A stretch of 64,000 bases of DNA from contig CBDAOB010000004.1 in the NCBI GenBank assembly GCA_965197905.1, positions 448,001 to 512,000 of the forward strand, in the 5' to 3' direction. Positions 1 through 10,140 of this stretch are shown here, piece by piece; positions within the stretch are counted from its first letter, which is position 1; every line of letters begins with the position of its first letter. The position numbers and the translations under genes were made by a program. The notes under the pieces are model-generated. The model did not search any database. It was not told where the DNA came from and saw only the letters and a program-made list of their open reading frames with translations. The DNA is from Candidatus Latescibacterota bacterium. Its GTDB lineage: Bacteria; Latescibacterota; UBA2968; UBA8231.

Positions 1-743
1 CGCTGTGGGACTTGAGAGCGAAACGGGAGAAGAAGCCGCTGGTTGAGCTCCTCGGTGGGAAACCGGACCAATCGGTTCGGGCATACAAGACCGGATTCTC
101 GGCGGAGGAGGGCATTGAAGCGGCTGGTGAGGGATTTTCAGCCGTTAAAATACACGCGGGCATCCGCCCAGGTGAAGAGATGAACAACATCGTCGGCGGA
201 ATCGAGAGGGTGAGAGAAACCTTGGGGCCAGGCATTCAACTAATGGGTGAAGGGGGTATGACGATGGATGTGGAAACGACATTGCGCCTGGCCGAACAGT
301 TGGAGCCCTACGATCTGCTCTGGCTCGAGGAGCCGCTACCGCCAGACGATTTGGAGGGTTATGCCCGTCTCCGCGACGAGTGTCCCATCCCTATAGCGGG
401 TGGAGAGCACGAGTACACAGCCAAGGCGTTTGAACCTATTATCGCCGAGAAGCTGCACTCGTATGTTCAGCCCGATGTCTGTTGGTGCGGAGGTTTGACC
501 GAGCTTCTGAAGATCTACCAATTGGCAGAAGGAACCGACGTTGTCGTCTGTCCGCACCGCGGCGCGGAGGCATGGTCGCTGCATGCTATCGCGGCCCTCA
601 ACCACGAACCGTTTGCCGAATCGGGACGGGATTGGATGTCGTGGGTGAAAGGGTCTCCAGAGATCCTCAACGGAGAGGTTGCCGTCTCAGATCGGCCTGG
701 ATTCGGGGTTTGGTTCGAAGACCGAGATTTAGAAGCTGGATAA
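1..743 (+). CDS. Mandelate racemase/muconate lactonizing (enolase superfamily) sugar-acid dehydratase, rhamnonate dehydratase-like; 5' end outside window
   Basis: Frame is open from the window edge (LWDLRAK...). Motifs KxH, WLEEPL, GGEHE, QPDVCWCGG and PH. Confidence 0.85.
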   Translation, partial: LWDLRAKREKKPLVELLGGKPDQSVRAYKTGFSAEEGIEAAGEGFSAVKIHAGIRPGEEMNNIVGGIERVRETLGPGIQLMGEGGMTMDVETTLRLAEQLEPYDLLWLEEPLPPDDLEGYARLRDECPIPIAGGEHEYTAKAFEPIIAEKLHSYVQPDVCWCGGLTELLKIYQLAEGTDVVVCPHRGAEAWSLHAIAALNHEPFAESGRDWMSWVKGSPEILNGEVAVSDRPGFGVWFEDRDLEAG

Positions 744-780
744 CCATGGCTTTGTCGCGCTACTGATATTGACGACCCGC

Positions 781-1269
781 TCAATTCTTGTCGCCGCGGT
801 CGATCACGCCGTCGTCCAGCGCGGCAATCCAGTCCTCTTTCGGATCGGCATCGGCAAATAGATAGAGTTTGCCGTCGTGGACGTGCCACTGTTCCGGTTT
901 TATGTCGGCCGTAAACCCCGCGCTCACCGCAGTAGCACAGAACCCTCCGTATCGCGGGGCGTAGCTCTCGGGATTGTCGACAAACAGCGACCGGTTCTCA
1001 TCCGACGCGAATTGCCAAGTGATATCCTGCCAGCGGTGGGAAATGCTTGCCAACCCCGGTTTCGCCGCCCCCTCCGTGTGGTAGATAACGGGGTCATACC
1101 CCTTTAAAGCGAGGCCCGAGTATTCGTTGATCGGACCCCACCAACCGCTGGAGACCGGGGCGATTTTGTTGGTTACGGCGAAGATGACGACGATGGCCAA
1201 AAGGGCCACCAATACACCGACGGCAACGCTGGTTTTCGGACGGGATTTGATGGCTCCGAAGATACTCAT
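781..1269 (-). CDS. YHS domain-containing membrane-anchored protein; possibly C-terminally clipped by TGG->TGA
   Basis: GYDPVxY, WQFASDENR, YAPRYGGFCA and GKLYLF motifs. N-terminal TM segment. ATG at 1269 preceded by GGAG. Confidence 0.8.
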   Translation of the reverse strand: MSIFGAIKSRPKTSVAVGVLVALLAIVVIFAVTNKIAPVSSGWWGPINEYSGLALKGYDPVIYHTEGAAKPGLASISHRWQDITWQFASDENRSLFVDNPESYAPRYGGFCATAVSAGFTADIKPEQWHVHDGKLYLFADADPKEDWIAALDDGVIDRGDKN

Positions 1270-1324
1270 TGTTTCAACTCCCTGTTTCGAGTTGTCGGTT
1301 TTCGAGTTAAGGTTCGCCGTACCG

Positions 1325-2434
1325 TTACGTTCCTTCCAGACGACTAAACACGTTGTGCAGGAAAGTACGATTGTCGCAACCCACGTAAACCATCTCGCCA
1401 CCCATTCGACTAAACGTCTTGCAGAACCTCACGTAATACGCCGGATCCTCTTGGGGTGGCTCTCCTCGAGACCAATCCCAGTTCACTTGCGCGAGGTCGT
1501 TGACGGCAATAAAGGGTTGGATGGCCTCCTTGTGCTCTTGTAGGCGCAGGTTGTTTGCCACGGATAGGGCTTTCTCGAAAACCTGGGGAGCCATGATTGC
1601 CGAACCGACGGAGATAAACACGCCGCCGTCCAGCCGGCTCACGCTGTCAACGAGAATTCGGTAATCCAGATCGGCACCGCGGCCGATGGCGGCACCGTTG
1701 GCCATATGGTGGTTGTAGAAAATGTCGTAACCTATTCCTGGATGCACCGTGAGCGGAACGTTCAGACGAAATGCGTTGGCGGTCAGCGAAAATTCCTTGT
1801 GGGGGTGGACGACGCCGTGCCATCCCGATTCCACTCCGAACCGGATCATCCCGTTGAGCAGCTCGGCCTGGGCCGGTATCATTTCGTTCCCGGTGAGACT
1901 GTCGCACCACTCGACGAGCGCCGCGCGCAACTCGGTTTCCTGCGGAATTTCACAACCCTCACGCCATATAAAACTTCCCACCGACTCCCCGAACCCCATG
2001 CCCCGAACTGCCCCGGCCATAACCGCCAAGTTTATGTAGCGCCCGGTTTCTTCCCAGGTGCCGAAGCAACCTCGCGCCACGTGTTCGCGAACATCCTCTT
2101 CAGACCTGCCGCAAAAGGCATACTCCCAATCGTGGATCGTGCCGGCTCCGTTGGTGGCGAGGTGGGTTACCCATCCTCTTTCCATCAGCCCGCACACCAG
2201 TGGCCCTAGACCGTTTTTGACGAGGTGGGCACCGTAGGCCAGGATGACCGCTGCCCCCGCATTTCGCGCGCTCTGGATTCGCCCAACCAGGCGTTCTATG
2301 GCTGCGGTATTCGCCCCCGGATCCGGCGGAGAAACTGTCGCATCGTAGCGAATATCTTCGACACCCCATTTGCTTTGGCGCGACGCCAGCGGTTGCAGCG
2401 CAATCTTACCAAGATCAACCCGATCGTAGGGCAC
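1325..2434 (-). CDS. Deoxyhypusine synthase-like (DHS-like NAD-binding fold) protein
   Basis: YGAHLVKNGLGP, HLATNGAGTIHDWE, TVHPGIGYDI and GSAIMAPQVFEKA motifs. Confidence 0.65.
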   Translation of the reverse strand: MPYDRVDLGKIALQPLASRQSKWGVEDIRYDATVSPPDPGANTAAIERLVGRIQSARNAGAAVILAYGAHLVKNGLGPLVCGLMERGWVTHLATNGAGTIHDWEYAFCGRSEEDVREHVARGCFGTWEETGRYINLAVMAGAVRGMGFGESVGSFIWREGCEIPQETELRAALVEWCDSLTGNEMIPAQAELLNGMIRFGVESGWHGVVHPHKEFSLTANAFRLNVPLTVHPGIGYDIFYNHHMANGAAIGRGADLDYRILVDSVSRLDGGVFISVGSAIMAPQVFEKALSVANNLRLQEHKEAIQPFIAVNDLAQVNWDWSRGEPPQEDPAYYVRFCKTFSRMGGEMVYVGCDNRTFLHNVFSRLEGT

Positions 2435-2520
2435 GGCATCTCCTGTCAGTTTTGAAGAACTCGGCGCGCCTGCTCGCGGACATTTGAGCCCATGTGACGT
2501 TCCGCCCTATATTCTGCGGA

Positions 2521-3681
2521 ATGAAGATCACCGCCGTCAAATCCTTTCTGGTCAACCCCGATTCCTCCAAGAACCTCCTGTTCATCAAGGTCGAGACGGA
2601 CGAGGGTCTACACGGTTGGGGGGAGTCGTATACCCAGAGCGATCGCGATCGCGCCATTGAAGCCCACGTGCGTCAGCTCGCACGGTATCTGGTCGGGCGC
2701 GATCCGCTGCACATCAAATATTTCACCTTCTGGGCGTATACGGATTTCGCCTCCAAACGGGGATCGATGGATTTGTATTCTGCCATAAGCGGCATTGAGC
2801 AAGCGCTGTGGGACATCGCCGGCAAAGCGATGTCCCAGCCCGTCTACAACCTACTCGGCGGACCGTGCAGGGACAAGATTCGCGTCTACGCCAACGGTTG
2901 GGGCGCCTGGTACCACACCGAGAACCGAACGGAAGAGATTGCCCGCCGCGCCGCCGATCTCGTCGCCGGGGGATTCACCGCGTTGAAATTCGATCCGTTT
3001 GCAGGACCGTGGCGAACGATCATTGACCGTCGCGCAGAACAGCAAGCGGTGGATTCCGTGCAAGCTGTCCGCGAGGCGGTAGGTCCCAATGTGGATATCC
3101 TGGTCGAGGTACATCGTCGACTGGCTCCCATGCACGCTATCAGGGTAGCCGAACTCATGGAGCCGTACACTCCGTTCTGGTTCGAGGAGCCGGTGTCGTC
3201 GAGGGATCTCGGCGGCCTGTTGGAGGCCAAACGCCGCATAAAATTGCCCATTGTAACGGGCGAGGAACTATATACTAAGACCGAATTTCGGGAGGTGTTC
3301 GAGCGACGGGCAGCGGACATCATCAATGCCGACGTGTGCAATTGCGGAGGAATCCTGGAGCTCCGAGAAATTGCCGCCATGGCGGAAGCGTACCACATCG
3401 CGGTATCGCCGCATAATTACAACAGCACGACGGTCGGTCTCTCCGCCACCATACACGCTGCCGCCGGCATGCCGAACTTTTTGATAACCGAATACTTCGT
3501 CAATCTCGAAAGCATGGCGAAGGCCGCTGCCGTCAATCCGCCCGTGGTCAAAAACGGGTATATCGAGCTTCCCACCGCTCCGGGATTGGGCATCGACCTG
3601 GATGAGGAAGCGCTGCAGAGCTATGCCGACACCGAGCGCCCGGCTCGACGGCTGAGATTCCCGGCTGACGAAGGTCCTTGA
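2521..3681 (+). CDS. Galactonate dehydratase-like enolase superfamily enzyme
   Basis: KVETDEGLHGWGE, EQALWDIAGK, VYANGW, KFDPF, EVHRR, WFEEP, TGEE and SPHN motifs. Confidence 0.85.
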   Translation: MKITAVKSFLVNPDSSKNLLFIKVETDEGLHGWGESYTQSDRDRAIEAHVRQLARYLVGRDPLHIKYFTFWAYTDFASKRGSMDLYSAISGIEQALWDIAGKAMSQPVYNLLGGPCRDKIRVYANGWGAWYHTENRTEEIARRAADLVAGGFTALKFDPFAGPWRTIIDRRAEQQAVDSVQAVREAVGPNVDILVEVHRRLAPMHAIRVAELMEPYTPFWFEEPVSSRDLGGLLEAKRRIKLPIVTGEELYTKTEFREVFERRAADIINADVCNCGGILELREIAAMAEAYHIAVSPHNYNSTTVGLSATIHAAAGMPNFLITEYFVNLESMAKAAAVNPPVVKNGYIELPTAPGLGIDLDEEALQSYADTERPARRLRFPADEGP

Positions 3682-3692
3682 GATCTGATCGA

Positions 3693-4946
3693 TTATCGAG
3701 GGGCAGCGGGAAGCTGAATCGGAGCACATGGCAACAAAGCCACGTTCGGCACCGGCGGCAGCTCCCGGTCCAAAAGCGATACTACGCGATCCCAGTCACG
3801 CACCAGAATATCCCCGGTAAATCTCTTGTAGAAATGCTGCGCGGGAAAGTTCTCCGAGCACACGATGCGCTGGGTTTTGTCGCCAACCCGAGCTTCGACG
3901 CTGCCGGCGTTGGATCGTTTCTCCAACGCCTGAAAGTGCGCGTAATCGAGCCCTTCGCGCGCACCGTGGAAACAGATGCCGTCGCAAGCAGCATCGACCA
4001 CCAGAACGAAGGTGTTTTCGAAATATTCGGAGACCCATAGAGACTTTCCCAGCTGCACGGGATCGGCGTCGTATGGATAGGCGTTGGCCACGACGAGGTC
4101 GACGGGACCATCGGGCAACTCAGTGGCGTAGATATCCCTCGCCGATTCCATGCCGCGAACGTGGGCTTCTTCCAGATCGCCGGCCACGATCCCGGCTGGC
4201 TCTCGTCGCGCGTTTATCACCACGTTTACGATAAAATCCAATCCCAATCTTCTCGCCGCCTCCTGCATCGCGTTGCGGCCGTCGGTGGTTGGATCGCTAG
4301 TCGTCCGCGATCCGCGTCCGCGGTAGCTGCACATATTGTGGAGGTAGTCTATCGTTGCATATCCCGCTACCCCCGGTACCACGAGCTTGGCGCCACCCCC
4401 GAAGCCAGCGAGTCCGTGGGGGTATATGCCGCCAATACAGATTTTCAGATCGGCATCGGCAACCGTTGGATTGATATACAGTGGCATGCCGCAGGAGAGG
4501 TTACCCAGCGCCCGCAGCTCGCCGCTCATGAAGTCGTGATTCTGCACCTCGTAATCGGCGGCTACTTCCTTGCCGAGCTTCTTGGCGATTTCATCTGAGC
4601 TCAGAGGTCGATGGGACCCGGATCCGATAACGAAGCGGATCTCACCCATGGAAAGACCGGCGGATAACAAGCGATCAAGCAAGCCCGGAAGCACCGCCGC
4701 GACCGGGGTTGGACGGCAGAGATCGTCCACGACGATGGCCGCACTTTTCTTACCCCGAGCCAGCTGTTCCAAGGGTGGAGTACCGATAGGCGCATCGAAA
4801 GTCGACGCAATCTGCTCGTCGGTCAACGCCGCGACCTCTTTGGGTGGGCAAACGCGAAGCTTCCAATGGTCGGGGAACACCAGCGCGCGCTCCTCATCCC
4901 CGTGCCACGCCCTGGAACAGACGTTGACGATTTGGTTCAATTCCAT
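3693..4946 (-). CDS. LarA-family (nickel-pincer nucleotide) racemase/epimerase
   Basis: DDLCRPTP, GSHRP and PHGLAGFGGGAK...LH match the LarA Asp/Arg/His/His/Lys/His set. ATG at 4946. Confidence 0.8.
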   Translation of the reverse strand: MELNQIVNVCSRAWHGDEERALVFPDHWKLRVCPPKEVAALTDEQIASTFDAPIGTPPLEQLARGKKSAAIVVDDLCRPTPVAAVLPGLLDRLLSAGLSMGEIRFVIGSGSHRPLSSDEIAKKLGKEVAADYEVQNHDFMSGELRALGNLSCGMPLYINPTVADADLKICIGGIYPHGLAGFGGGAKLVVPGVAGYATIDYLHNMCSYRGRGSRTTSDPTTDGRNAMQEAARRLGLDFIVNVVINARREPAGIVAGDLEEAHVRGMESARDIYATELPDGPVDLVVANAYPYDADPVQLGKSLWVSEYFENTFVLVVDAACDGICFHGAREGLDYAHFQALEKRSNAGSVEARVGDKTQRIVCSENFPAQHFYKRFTGDILVRDWDRVVSLLDRELPPVPNVALLPCAPIQLPAAPR

Positions 4947-4959
4947 TGAAGCCGTGTAT

Positions 4960-5550
4960 CTAGTGCAAGCTGGCTTTCGCGGCGGCGAGCAGAACATCCA
5001 CCTGCAGGCGCACCCTGAAATCGGGATTGACGTACTGAAACTTGATCTTCCCGTTCCTGTCGGCGATGAAAACCGCCGGTACGGGAAGCGGCGATCTACC
5101 CACGGTCTGAAACGCCACGCCAAAAGCTCGAGCAGCTTTGAGGCCACTGTCTGAAAGCAGCGTGAAGGTCAGTTTATTCTCCCGCGCTGCCACACCAAGA
5201 TCGGCCGGAGGATCGGGCGTAAGTGCAAGGATCTGGTACCCACGTGACTGGAGTTCCGGCAAGAGCTCCTGCAATTGCGCCAACTGGCGCACGCAGTAGC
5301 CTCACCACTTTCCCCGATAGAAGATCAGCAGCGTCGGAGCTCGCTGAGTCAGTTCCCGCAGTTGCACGGTTTCCCCGGTGGGCGTTTTCACCGCCGCCTC
5401 GGGGATCGTCTCGCCGATGAGCAATGGCGTGACTTGCCTGGGTGACGTCGGAAGCACTGTGGCATGTTTCGGAGCCGAATCGCCATGAACCAACACCGCG
5501 GCGGCCAGTGTAAACAGAATCGCGTATCCTGGAGTTCGCGTCGTTCGCAT
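4960..5550 (-). CDS. Secreted AhpC/TSA peroxiredoxin-like selenoprotein (Sec at 5302-5304, UxxC)
   Basis: ORFs 5302..5757 and 4960..5292 are in one frame and read LIFYRGKW-TGA-GYCVRQL. Signal peptide from ATG 5550. PVPAVFIADRNGKIKFQYVNPDF C-terminal motif. Hairpin follows the TGA. Confidence 0.88.
5269..5296 (-). promoter_or_regulatory. Putative bacterial SECIS element
   Basis: mRNA UGA-GGCUA-CUGCG-UGCGCC-AGUU-GGCGCA-AU-UGCAG. The apical loop starts 16 nt after the UGA and has G at its second position. Confidence 0.7.
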
Positions 5551-5784
5551 TTGGATTCCTGCTGTTGATGGGTAGTAATCGAGGGGACGTGTAACTGTAA
5601 CGAATAATGTAACTGGAAACAAACCACCGCTTGTGGCTCGGAGGAATGCGCTTGAAGGGTGGTAGCCGCTGGCATATCTTCTTGGGGTTTTTCGAAACGC
5701 ACCGCCGTGCATCCGTAAACTCGATGCAAAAATGCAGACCAGTTCTCGCATTGTCACCCAACTTGCCGACGAACAGGAGATAGC

Positions 5785-7107
5785 ATGACTGCACTGGAAG
5801 ACAGGTTTCTAGAAAGAAACCCGCGTTCCCTCGAACAGTTCGAATACCTGCGCGAGTCCACTCCGGGCGGCGTAGCCAAAGGCGCCTACTATTTCAAGCC
5901 GTTCCCGTTGACCATAGATCGCGGAGAGGGATGTTACATGTACGACGTCGATGGTCACAAGTACGTGGACTTCGTCAACCATCATACTGGACAGATCCTC
6001 GGGCACGGTCATCCGGCCGTGATGGAAGCCATCAAACGTCAAATGGAGCGAGGCATTGCGGTCGCTTCCCCCATGGGCCACGAAAAGGACATCTGCGCGG
6101 AGATGTGTCAAAGGGTGAAATCTCTCGATCGAATTCGCTTCGTAAATTCGGGAACGGAAGCAACCCTGCACGCCATACGTCTGGTGAGAGGTTCCACGGG
6201 GAAAACGAAGATCGCAAAATTCGAGGGTGGGTATCACGGCAGTCATGACGCCGTCGAAATCAGTGTCGGTCCCCCGCTGGACAAGGCGGGCCCGGCAGAT
6301 GCGCCCGTTCCCGTCGCGCAAACGGCAGGTATGTCACCACGCGCACTGGAGGAAGTCGTCATTCTGCCCTACAGCAACGTGGATGCGGTGGAACGCATCC
6401 TCGCCGCCCACAAGGACGAGCTCGCCTGTGTTATCATGGATCCAAAGGCGGGCATTCTGGAGATTTCCAAGGAATTTATTCAAGCGGTTCGGGAGATCAC
6501 GAACAGGCTCGGGTTGTACCTGATCTTTGACGAGATCGTGGGTTTTCGAGCCGGGTACGGAGGTGCCCAGGAACACTTCGGTATCGACCCGGATCTCACC
6601 GCCTACGGCAAAATCGTCGGCGGCGGTTTTCCCGTCGGTGCCTTCGGCGGGCGGGCGGATCTTATGGATCTGTTCGATCCCACGCAGCCGACCGGTTTTG
6701 GACAGAGCGGCACCTACAGCGCCAACCCGATAACCACGGCGGCCGGGCTGGCCATGTTGCGCGAGCTCACGCCTGAGGCTTTCAAACATCTCAACCGTTT
6801 GGCCGACCGCCTGAAGAACGGGCTCAACGAGATGTTTGCCCGCAAAGGTGTGGACGCCATCAGCGTCAGCCTCGGTTCGGTGTTCAGTTTCTACTTCACC
6901 CCGGAAAAGGAACTCAAAGATTACCGTTCGATGTCAAGGAATGACAAAGAGATGACCCATAAGGTATTTCTGTCGCTGCTGGAACAGGGGTACTATTTGA
7001 GTTTCGGTCTGGGAATGTGTGCCATCTGCCTGCCCACGGAGGAAAGCCATATCGACGGATTGATCGAAGCCGTAGACAAAGCGATCGACGAGGCGAAGAA
7101 TAACTGA
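5785..7107 (+). CDS. Class III PLP aminotransferase, glutamate-1-semialdehyde aminomutase-like
   Basis: DVDGHKYVDF, NSGTEAT, FEGGYHG, LIFDEIVGFR and AYGKIVGGGFPVGAFGG motifs. Confidence 0.85.
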   Translation: MTALEDRFLERNPRSLEQFEYLRESTPGGVAKGAYYFKPFPLTIDRGEGCYMYDVDGHKYVDFVNHHTGQILGHGHPAVMEAIKRQMERGIAVASPMGHEKDICAEMCQRVKSLDRIRFVNSGTEATLHAIRLVRGSTGKTKIAKFEGGYHGSHDAVEISVGPPLDKAGPADAPVPVAQTAGMSPRALEEVVILPYSNVDAVERILAAHKDELACVIMDPKAGILEISKEFIQAVREITNRLGLYLIFDEIVGFRAGYGGAQEHFGIDPDLTAYGKIVGGGFPVGAFGGRADLMDLFDPTQPTGFGQSGTYSANPITTAAGLAMLRELTPEAFKHLNRLADRLKNGLNEMFARKGVDAISVSLGSVFSFYFTPEKELKDYRSMSRNDKEMTHKVFLSLLEQGYYLSFGLGMCAICLPTEESHIDGLIEAVDKAIDEAKNN

Positions 7108-7124
7108 GAGAAACTCCCGCAGTT

Positions 7125-7169
7125 GACAAGAACCCGGGAAGCGCGCGGCCTCCCGGGTTTTCTTGTGTC
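7125..7169. terminator. Bidirectional intrinsic terminator
   Basis: AACCCGGGA...TCCCGGGTT hairpin with A/T flanks between convergent genes. Confidence 0.7.
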
Positions 7170-7184
7170 CGAATACGACTCCGA

Positions 7185-7712
7185 TCAATCAGCTGGATCG
7201 AGAACGGCCACGTGTGGCAAACAACGAAATTGCTGATTGTAGTCCATGCCGAATCCCACGACGAAATGATCGGCGATCTCGAATCCCAGGTAGTCAATGG
7301 CAACATTGTAGGTTCGATTGGCGGGTTTGTTCAGCAACGAACACACCTTGAGCGACCGGGGTCCCTGTTTTTCCAGCGCCGTCAGTAGCTGTGACAGGGT
7401 CAAACCGGTATCTACAATACCGTCGACCACGATCACGTCCCGGTTTTTGATATCGAGGGAAACCTGCCTGCGAAATTCCGCGACGCCGCGACTCGATCCT
7501 CCATCATACGAAGAAATATCGACGAAATCGTACTGCACCGATGCGGAAAACTCGGGTGGAAATTCCCGCAGCAATCTCATCATGAAGTCCACCGCCCCGG
7601 TCAGTACGCCGATAAAGACGGGCGAGGAGGACCGCTCGTAATCGACAACGATTTCAGCCGCGAGCTGCTCTATGCGCGCCGTCAACGTTTGAGAATCGAA
7701 TAGAATCTTCAC
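7185..7712 (-). CDS. hpt: Hypoxanthine phosphoribosyltransferase
   Basis: GVLTGA, ISSY, IVVDGIVDTGLTL, LLNKP and FVVGFGMDY...R motifs. GTG start at 7712 after GAGGA. Confidence 0.85.
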   Translation of the reverse strand: MKILFDSQTLTARIEQLAAEIVVDYERSSSPVFIGVLTGAVDFMMRLLREFPPEFSASVQYDFVDISSYDGGSSRGVAEFRRQVSLDIKNRDVIVVDGIVDTGLTLSQLLTALEKQGPRSLKVCSLLNKPANRTYNVAIDYLGFEIADHFVVGFGMDYNQQFRCLPHVAVLDPAD

Positions 7713-8206
7713 ATGTCCTCGAGATGCACAGGTTAATCTGTCCGGTTTGTTTCGGACCCTCGGACAGCTTTGATTCGGGAAAATCGTGAGACGTTCCCCG
7801 TCGGCTGTCAAGTGGGCTGTTTATGGGCCTTGAATCGCAGCTTAGAGCTTGCCTTTGGATATGCAGCTTTGTATCGTATCGAGAATCTTCAACGTGCCGC
7901 CATAGGCGACTCGAGCCTGACAACCCTAACAGTGAGAAAAACCTGGACTTACGGCTATATCGAGAGCATATTAATTTACGGAATTTCCTACTTTAAGGTC
8001 TTGACAGTCAGGGTTAATCAACAAAGATAAGTTAGAGTGGGCTATATTTCTCGCCAAAGTAGGAAATTCCGTTAATTTAAATGGGCCAGGGCGAGGAATG
8101 GTGGCAGCAAGCGTACAGCGTCTCCTAAAGCGTCGTAAGATAGAGCTTGTTGTCCGTCCACCGGTCGAATATTTGAGAGGAAGGAAGTCGAAGGGAGCAC
8201 CGGCAC

Positions 8207-8632
8207 ATGCAAGACAACAGAAAGACGAAGGCGCAGCTTATTGCCGAACTAAGCGACGTGCGGGGACGCCTTGCCGCGCTGGAAGGCAAGGTGGTTTCTT
8301 TGGGCGAAGACCTCGGCAAGGAGGACGACGGAGCCTCCCAACGTGCAGCGCGCGAGGAATTGAATACCCCGATTCAGTTTATTGGGGACTTTGATTTGAT
8401 CGAGGCGAAGGGCGTGGACCTGTCATCGGGAGGCATCTGTTTCGACGCCGAAGCCGATATTCCGTTCGAGATGGAATTCCAGATGGCTGGTGATACAAAG
8501 AAATATCGTGCCCACCTGGTGTGGATGAAGCCGCTGGGAAATGGTCGCAGCAGACTAGGCTTCAAGTTCGTGCCGGACGAGTCGTCCCGTCTTTTATGGA
8601 TCTACAAGGAACTGAAAGAGACGGCTGATTGA
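8207..8632 (+). CDS. PilZ domain protein
   Basis: RxxR (QRAARE) and DLSSGG motifs, LGFKF end, N-terminal coiled coil. Confidence 0.75.
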   Translation: MQDNRKTKAQLIAELSDVRGRLAALEGKVVSLGEDLGKEDDGASQRAAREELNTPIQFIGDFDLIEAKGVDLSSGGICFDAEADIPFEMEFQMAGDTKKYRAHLVWMKPLGNGRSRLGFKFVPDESSRLLWIYKELKETAD

Positions 8633-8659
8633 AGCAGCCGGTCACGCGCGGGACATGCA

Positions 8660-8974
8660 ATGCTAACGATCTTGATGATCAGTGCTCTCACGCTAGTGGT
8701 TGCCACCGTCGGTGCTGCCCTCATTACCGGACGCGAGATTCAGCGGCTTAAATTCGAGCTGAAGAGGCTGGAACAAGCCAAAGAGCACGCGTTGATGGAA
8801 CTAGAGGAGGCTAAGCAACGGCGGCAGGCGGCCGAGGGCACGGTCGGCGTGCTGGAGAACGTCAAGAAGGAGAAGAGATCGTCCCATGAGAAGCTCCTCA
8901 TGGAGCTGGAAGAACTGAGCTCTCGCGCTGTAGTAGTCGCTCGCAACCGTCCCGTCCACTCATTCCCTAGCTGA
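8660..8974 (+). CDS. Hypothetical membrane-anchored coiled-coil protein
   Basis: N-terminal hydrophobic helix followed by E/K/L heptads. Co-oriented with the PilZ gene. Confidence 0.6.
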   Translation: MLTILMISALTLVVATVGAALITGREIQRLKFELKRLEQAKEHALMELEEAKQRRQAAEGTVGVLENVKKEKRSSHEKLLMELEELSSRAVVVARNRPVHSFPS

Positions 8975-9005
8975 TTCAGACCTGCCGTCCCACCGCCCAA
9001 GTGGG

Positions 9006-10109
9006 TTAGGCTGCTCCCGCTATCGCCGGCTTACCGTTCGGTTCTGCCGTCGTTTTGTCGCCCTCTGAGGTATCGTCGGTCGGCGATATACTGAATATCT
9101 TTCTCAGCTCGCCCTCGATTTGACCGGCTATGGAGTCATTCTCTCGCAGGAAGGTACGCGCGTTTTCCCGGCCCTGGCCCAGACGGTCGCTGCCGAACGA
9201 AAACCAGGTTCCGCTCTTCTCGACGATTCGGTGATCGACCCCCAGGTCTAACAGATCGCCCTCTTTTGATATGCCGACGTCTTCCCCGTTGAACATGATG
9301 TCGAATTCCGCCTGACGGAACGGAGGCGCAACCTTGTTCTTGACTACCTTGACCCTCGTCCGGCGGCCGATGACCTCGTCGCCATCCTTAATCGAACCGA
9401 TGCTTCTAATATCCAGCCGCACGGAGGAGTAGAACGACAACGCGCGCCCTCCGGTGGTGGTTTCGGGATTGCCGAACATTACGCCGATTTTCATACGTAG
9501 CTGGTTTATGAAGAGAACGGTGGTGCCAGACCGCTGCGCCGAGCCGGTCAGTTTGCGCAGTGCCTGAGACATGAGCCTGGCCTGGAGGCCCATGTGGGAG
9601 TCCCCCATGTCTCCGTCCAACTCTGCCCGCGGCACCAGAGCGGCAACCGAATCGATTACGATTATGTCGATAGCTGCGCTGCGCACGAGAGTGTCGGTGA
9701 TCTCCAGCGCCTCCTCGCCGGAACTCGGTTGCGCCACTAGCAAGTTGTCGATATCGACCCCCAGGCGCCGGGCGAACCCCACATCGAGCGCGTGCTCGGC
9801 GTCGATAAAGGCGGCAATACCGCCCTGCTTTTGCGCTTCGGCCACGGAATGCAACGCACACATGGTTTTTCCGGCGGCTTCCGGGCCGAACAGTTCGACG
9901 ATTCTGCCACGCGGAAGTCCGCCGATGCCCAGTGCGGCATCGAGAGAGAGCGATCCGGTGGGTATTACATCGACCTCGACGACCGGGGACTCCCCCAGCC
10001 GCATTATGGCACCCTTGCCGAACTGTCGTTCGATCTGGCTGAGGGCCGTATCCATCGCCTTCTGTTTCTCGTCCTTTTTTGGGGATTGATTCTGATTGTT
10101 CTTGGGCAT
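9006..10109 (-). CDS. recA: Recombinase RecA
   Basis: [54 protein letters not shown] and KNKVAPPF motifs. GGAGGA RBS. Confidence 0.98.
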   Translation of the reverse strand: MPKNNQNQSPKKDEKQKAMDTALSQIERQFGKGAIMRLGESPVVEVDVIPTGSLSLDAALGIGGLPRGRIVELFGPEAAGKTMCALHSVAEAQKQGGIAAFIDAEHALDVGFARRLGVDIDNLLVAQPSSGEEALEITDTLVRSAAIDIIVIDSVAALVPRAELDGDMGDSHMGLQARLMSQALRKLTGSAQRSGTTVLFINQLRMKIGVMFGNPETTTGGRALSFYSSVRLDIRSIGSIKDGDEVIGRRTRVKVVKNKVAPPFRQAEFDIMFNGEDVGISKEGDLLDLGVDHRIVEKSGTWFSFGSDRLGQGRENARTFLRENDSIAGQIEGELRKIFSISPTDDTSEGDKTTAEPNGKPAIAGAA

Positions 10110-10140
10110 CGCGTCCTCCCTGGCTGATTGGGTCATATAG

